This document shows positions 62,157-63,354 of a DNA stretch of 63,354 nt, in pieces (position 1 is the stretch's first letter; each line of letters starts with the position of its first letter). The stretch lies in NCBI GenBank assembly GCA_013695475.1, contig JACDAJ010000204.1, forward strand, positions 1-63,354, given 5' to 3'. A model generated the notes under the pieces. It was not told where the DNA came from. It was given only the letters and a program-made list of their open reading frames with translations, and did not search any database. This DNA is from Rubrobacter sp. (GTDB lineage Bacteria > Actinomycetota > Rubrobacteria > Rubrobacterales > Rubrobacteraceae). The translations under genes and the position numbers were made by a program.

Positions 62157-63354
62157 ATGGACAAGCTATTCACCGTTTCGGAAGCTGCGAATCAACTCTC
62201 CGTATCCTCGGACACGATACGAAGGTGGGAGAAGAAGGGGCTTATAAGGTCTCGGAGGTCGGAGAGGAACCATCGGGTCTTTGATCTCGGGGAGGTGAGG
62301 CGCCTTCAAGCCAAATTACAGGGCGTCGGCTCCGAGGACAGCCACAAAGTTTTGAAAGACGAGTACGAAGGCGAGCCGAAATACAAAGCCATTGGCTTGT
62401 TCGCCGGAGCCGGGGGAACCGCCCTCGGCTTCGAGAACGCGAGCATCGGGCATTCGCTTCTAAACGAGTTCGACCGTAATGCGGCGGCGACCCTTCGAGC
62501 CAATCGTTCCGGGTGGAACGTCGTGCATGACGATGTCGCGGACATCGACTTCCGACCGTACGAGGGCGAGGTTGACATACTCGAAGGGGGATTCCCGTGC
62601 CAGGCATTCAGCTACGCCGGGAAGAAGCTCGGCTTCGGTGACACGAGGGGGACCCTTTTCTACGAGTTCGCGAGGGCGGTCGAGGAGACATCGCCCAGAG
62701 TCGTTGTGGGGGAGAACGTGCGCGGCCTCGTCAACCACGACGGTGGAAGGACGCTCCGGACGATGGTCTCGACATTGGAGGGCCTCGGATACCGGGCGGC
62801 ATATAAAGTCCTTCGCTCCCAGTATCTCGACGTTCCTCAAAAGCGCGAGCGCCTCTTCATGTTCGCGCTCAGGGAGGATGTGAAAAGCCCGATCCTCTTC
62901 CCCAAAGAGCGTGACTATATAGTCTCTCTCCGAGAGGCCATAGGCGACAGGCCCGAGTCCGAGGGGCAACGGTACTCCGAAAATAAGAAGGCTATTTTGG
63001 AGCAAGTTCCGCCGGGTGGATATTGGCGAGACCTTCCGGAGGACACCCAGCGTTCTTATTTGAAGGCAAGCTATTTCTTGACCGGGGGAAAGACGGGCAT
63101 GGCGCGTCGGCTCTCATGGGACGAGCCGAGTCTCACCCTGACATGCAGCCCGTCCCAGAAACAAACGGAAAGATGCCACCCCGAAGAAACCCGCCCTCTC
63201 AACGTGCGTGAGTACGCCCGCATCCAAACCTTCCCCGACGACTGGAATTTCTCGGGATCCGTCGGTGCTCAATACAAGCAAATCGGAAACGCCGTCCCGG
63301 TGAACCTCGGCTACCACATAGGAAAGGCCGCCATAGCCATGCTCGAAGGCAACG
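62157..63354 (+). CDS. DNA (cytosine-5)-methyltransferase with an N-terminal MerR-type HTH domain (3-prime end beyond the window)
   Basis: Own translation: MDKLFTVSEAANQLSVSSDTIRRWEKKGLIRSRR...; motif I LFAGAGG, IV GFPCQAFS, VI GENVRGL, VIII QKRERLF, X QIGNAVPV. Open to the window end, hence absent from the ORF track. Confidence 0.9.
   Translation, partial: MDKLFTVSEAANQLSVSSDTIRRWEKKGLIRSRRSERNHRVFDLGEVRRLQAKLQGVGSEDSHKVLKDEYEGEPKYKAIGLFAGAGGTALGFENASIGHSLLNEFDRNAAATLRANRSGWNVVHDDVADIDFRPYEGEVDILEGGFPCQAFSYAGKKLGFGDTRGTLFYEFARAVEETSPRVVVGENVRGLVNHDGGRTLRTMVSTLEGLGYRAAYKVLRSQYLDVPQKRERLFMFALREDVKSPILFPKERDYIVSLREAIGDRPESEGQRYSENKKAILEQVPPGGYWRDLPEDTQRSYLKASYFLTGGKTGMARRLSWDEPSLTLTCSPSQKQTERCHPEETRPLNVREYARIQTFPDDWNFSGSVGAQYKQIGNAVPVNLGYHIGKAAIAMLEGN

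Overview
High-GC bacterial chromosomal segment, roughly 63-65% GC by eye (not computed). It looks Gram-positive/Actinobacteria-like: GGAGG Shine-Dalgarno sites, ThyX, an F420-type LLM oxidoreductase and leaderless-looking promoters. Many proteins are strikingly acidic or carry acidic insertions, so a halophile is possible. This taxonomy is inference only.

Most of the window is housekeeping:
- metG, dut, cinA, moaD/moaE, fpg, lpd-lipA-lipB, pdxY, acnA
- a DtxR/MntR-controlled Mn/Zn uptake locus

Accessory content:
- An AT-richer patch at the left edge: the start of an MmeI-like type IIL RM/BREX-type enzyme next to tRNA-Lys(CTT).
- An AT-richer RM module at the right edge: an Eco47II-like endonuclease plus a MerR-HTH-fused C5 methyltransferase.
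- One intact IS4-family IS (19-bp IRs, 10-bp TSD) inserted 14 bp upstream of an M23 peptidase gene.
- VapBC and BrnTA toxin-antitoxin pairs, and a coupled small-protein/retropepsin-like pair.

Several genes look decayed or recoded:
- an S8 protease with an in-frame TAG
- a frameshifted VOC gene
- EAL and RTX remnants
- a methyltransferase-SDR junction at an A7 run
- a DedA gene with no canonical start for its conserved N-terminus

The least explained coding cluster is 3.8-8.1 kb. It holds a STAS-HATPase protein, a STAS(DUF4325-like)-wHTH protein and a five-gene, translationally coupled operon ending in a sigma-70-family factor. A palindrome, ATTTCACT-N6-AGTGAAAT, links this cluster to a second locus at 25.1 kb.

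Intergenic DNA carries at least three families of short dispersed repeats, a 14-bp tandem array, long hairpin elements and a terminator-capped candidate structured RNA after cinA. No rRNA or CRISPR array was seen.

All family assignments come from reading the translations and from memory. No searches were run.
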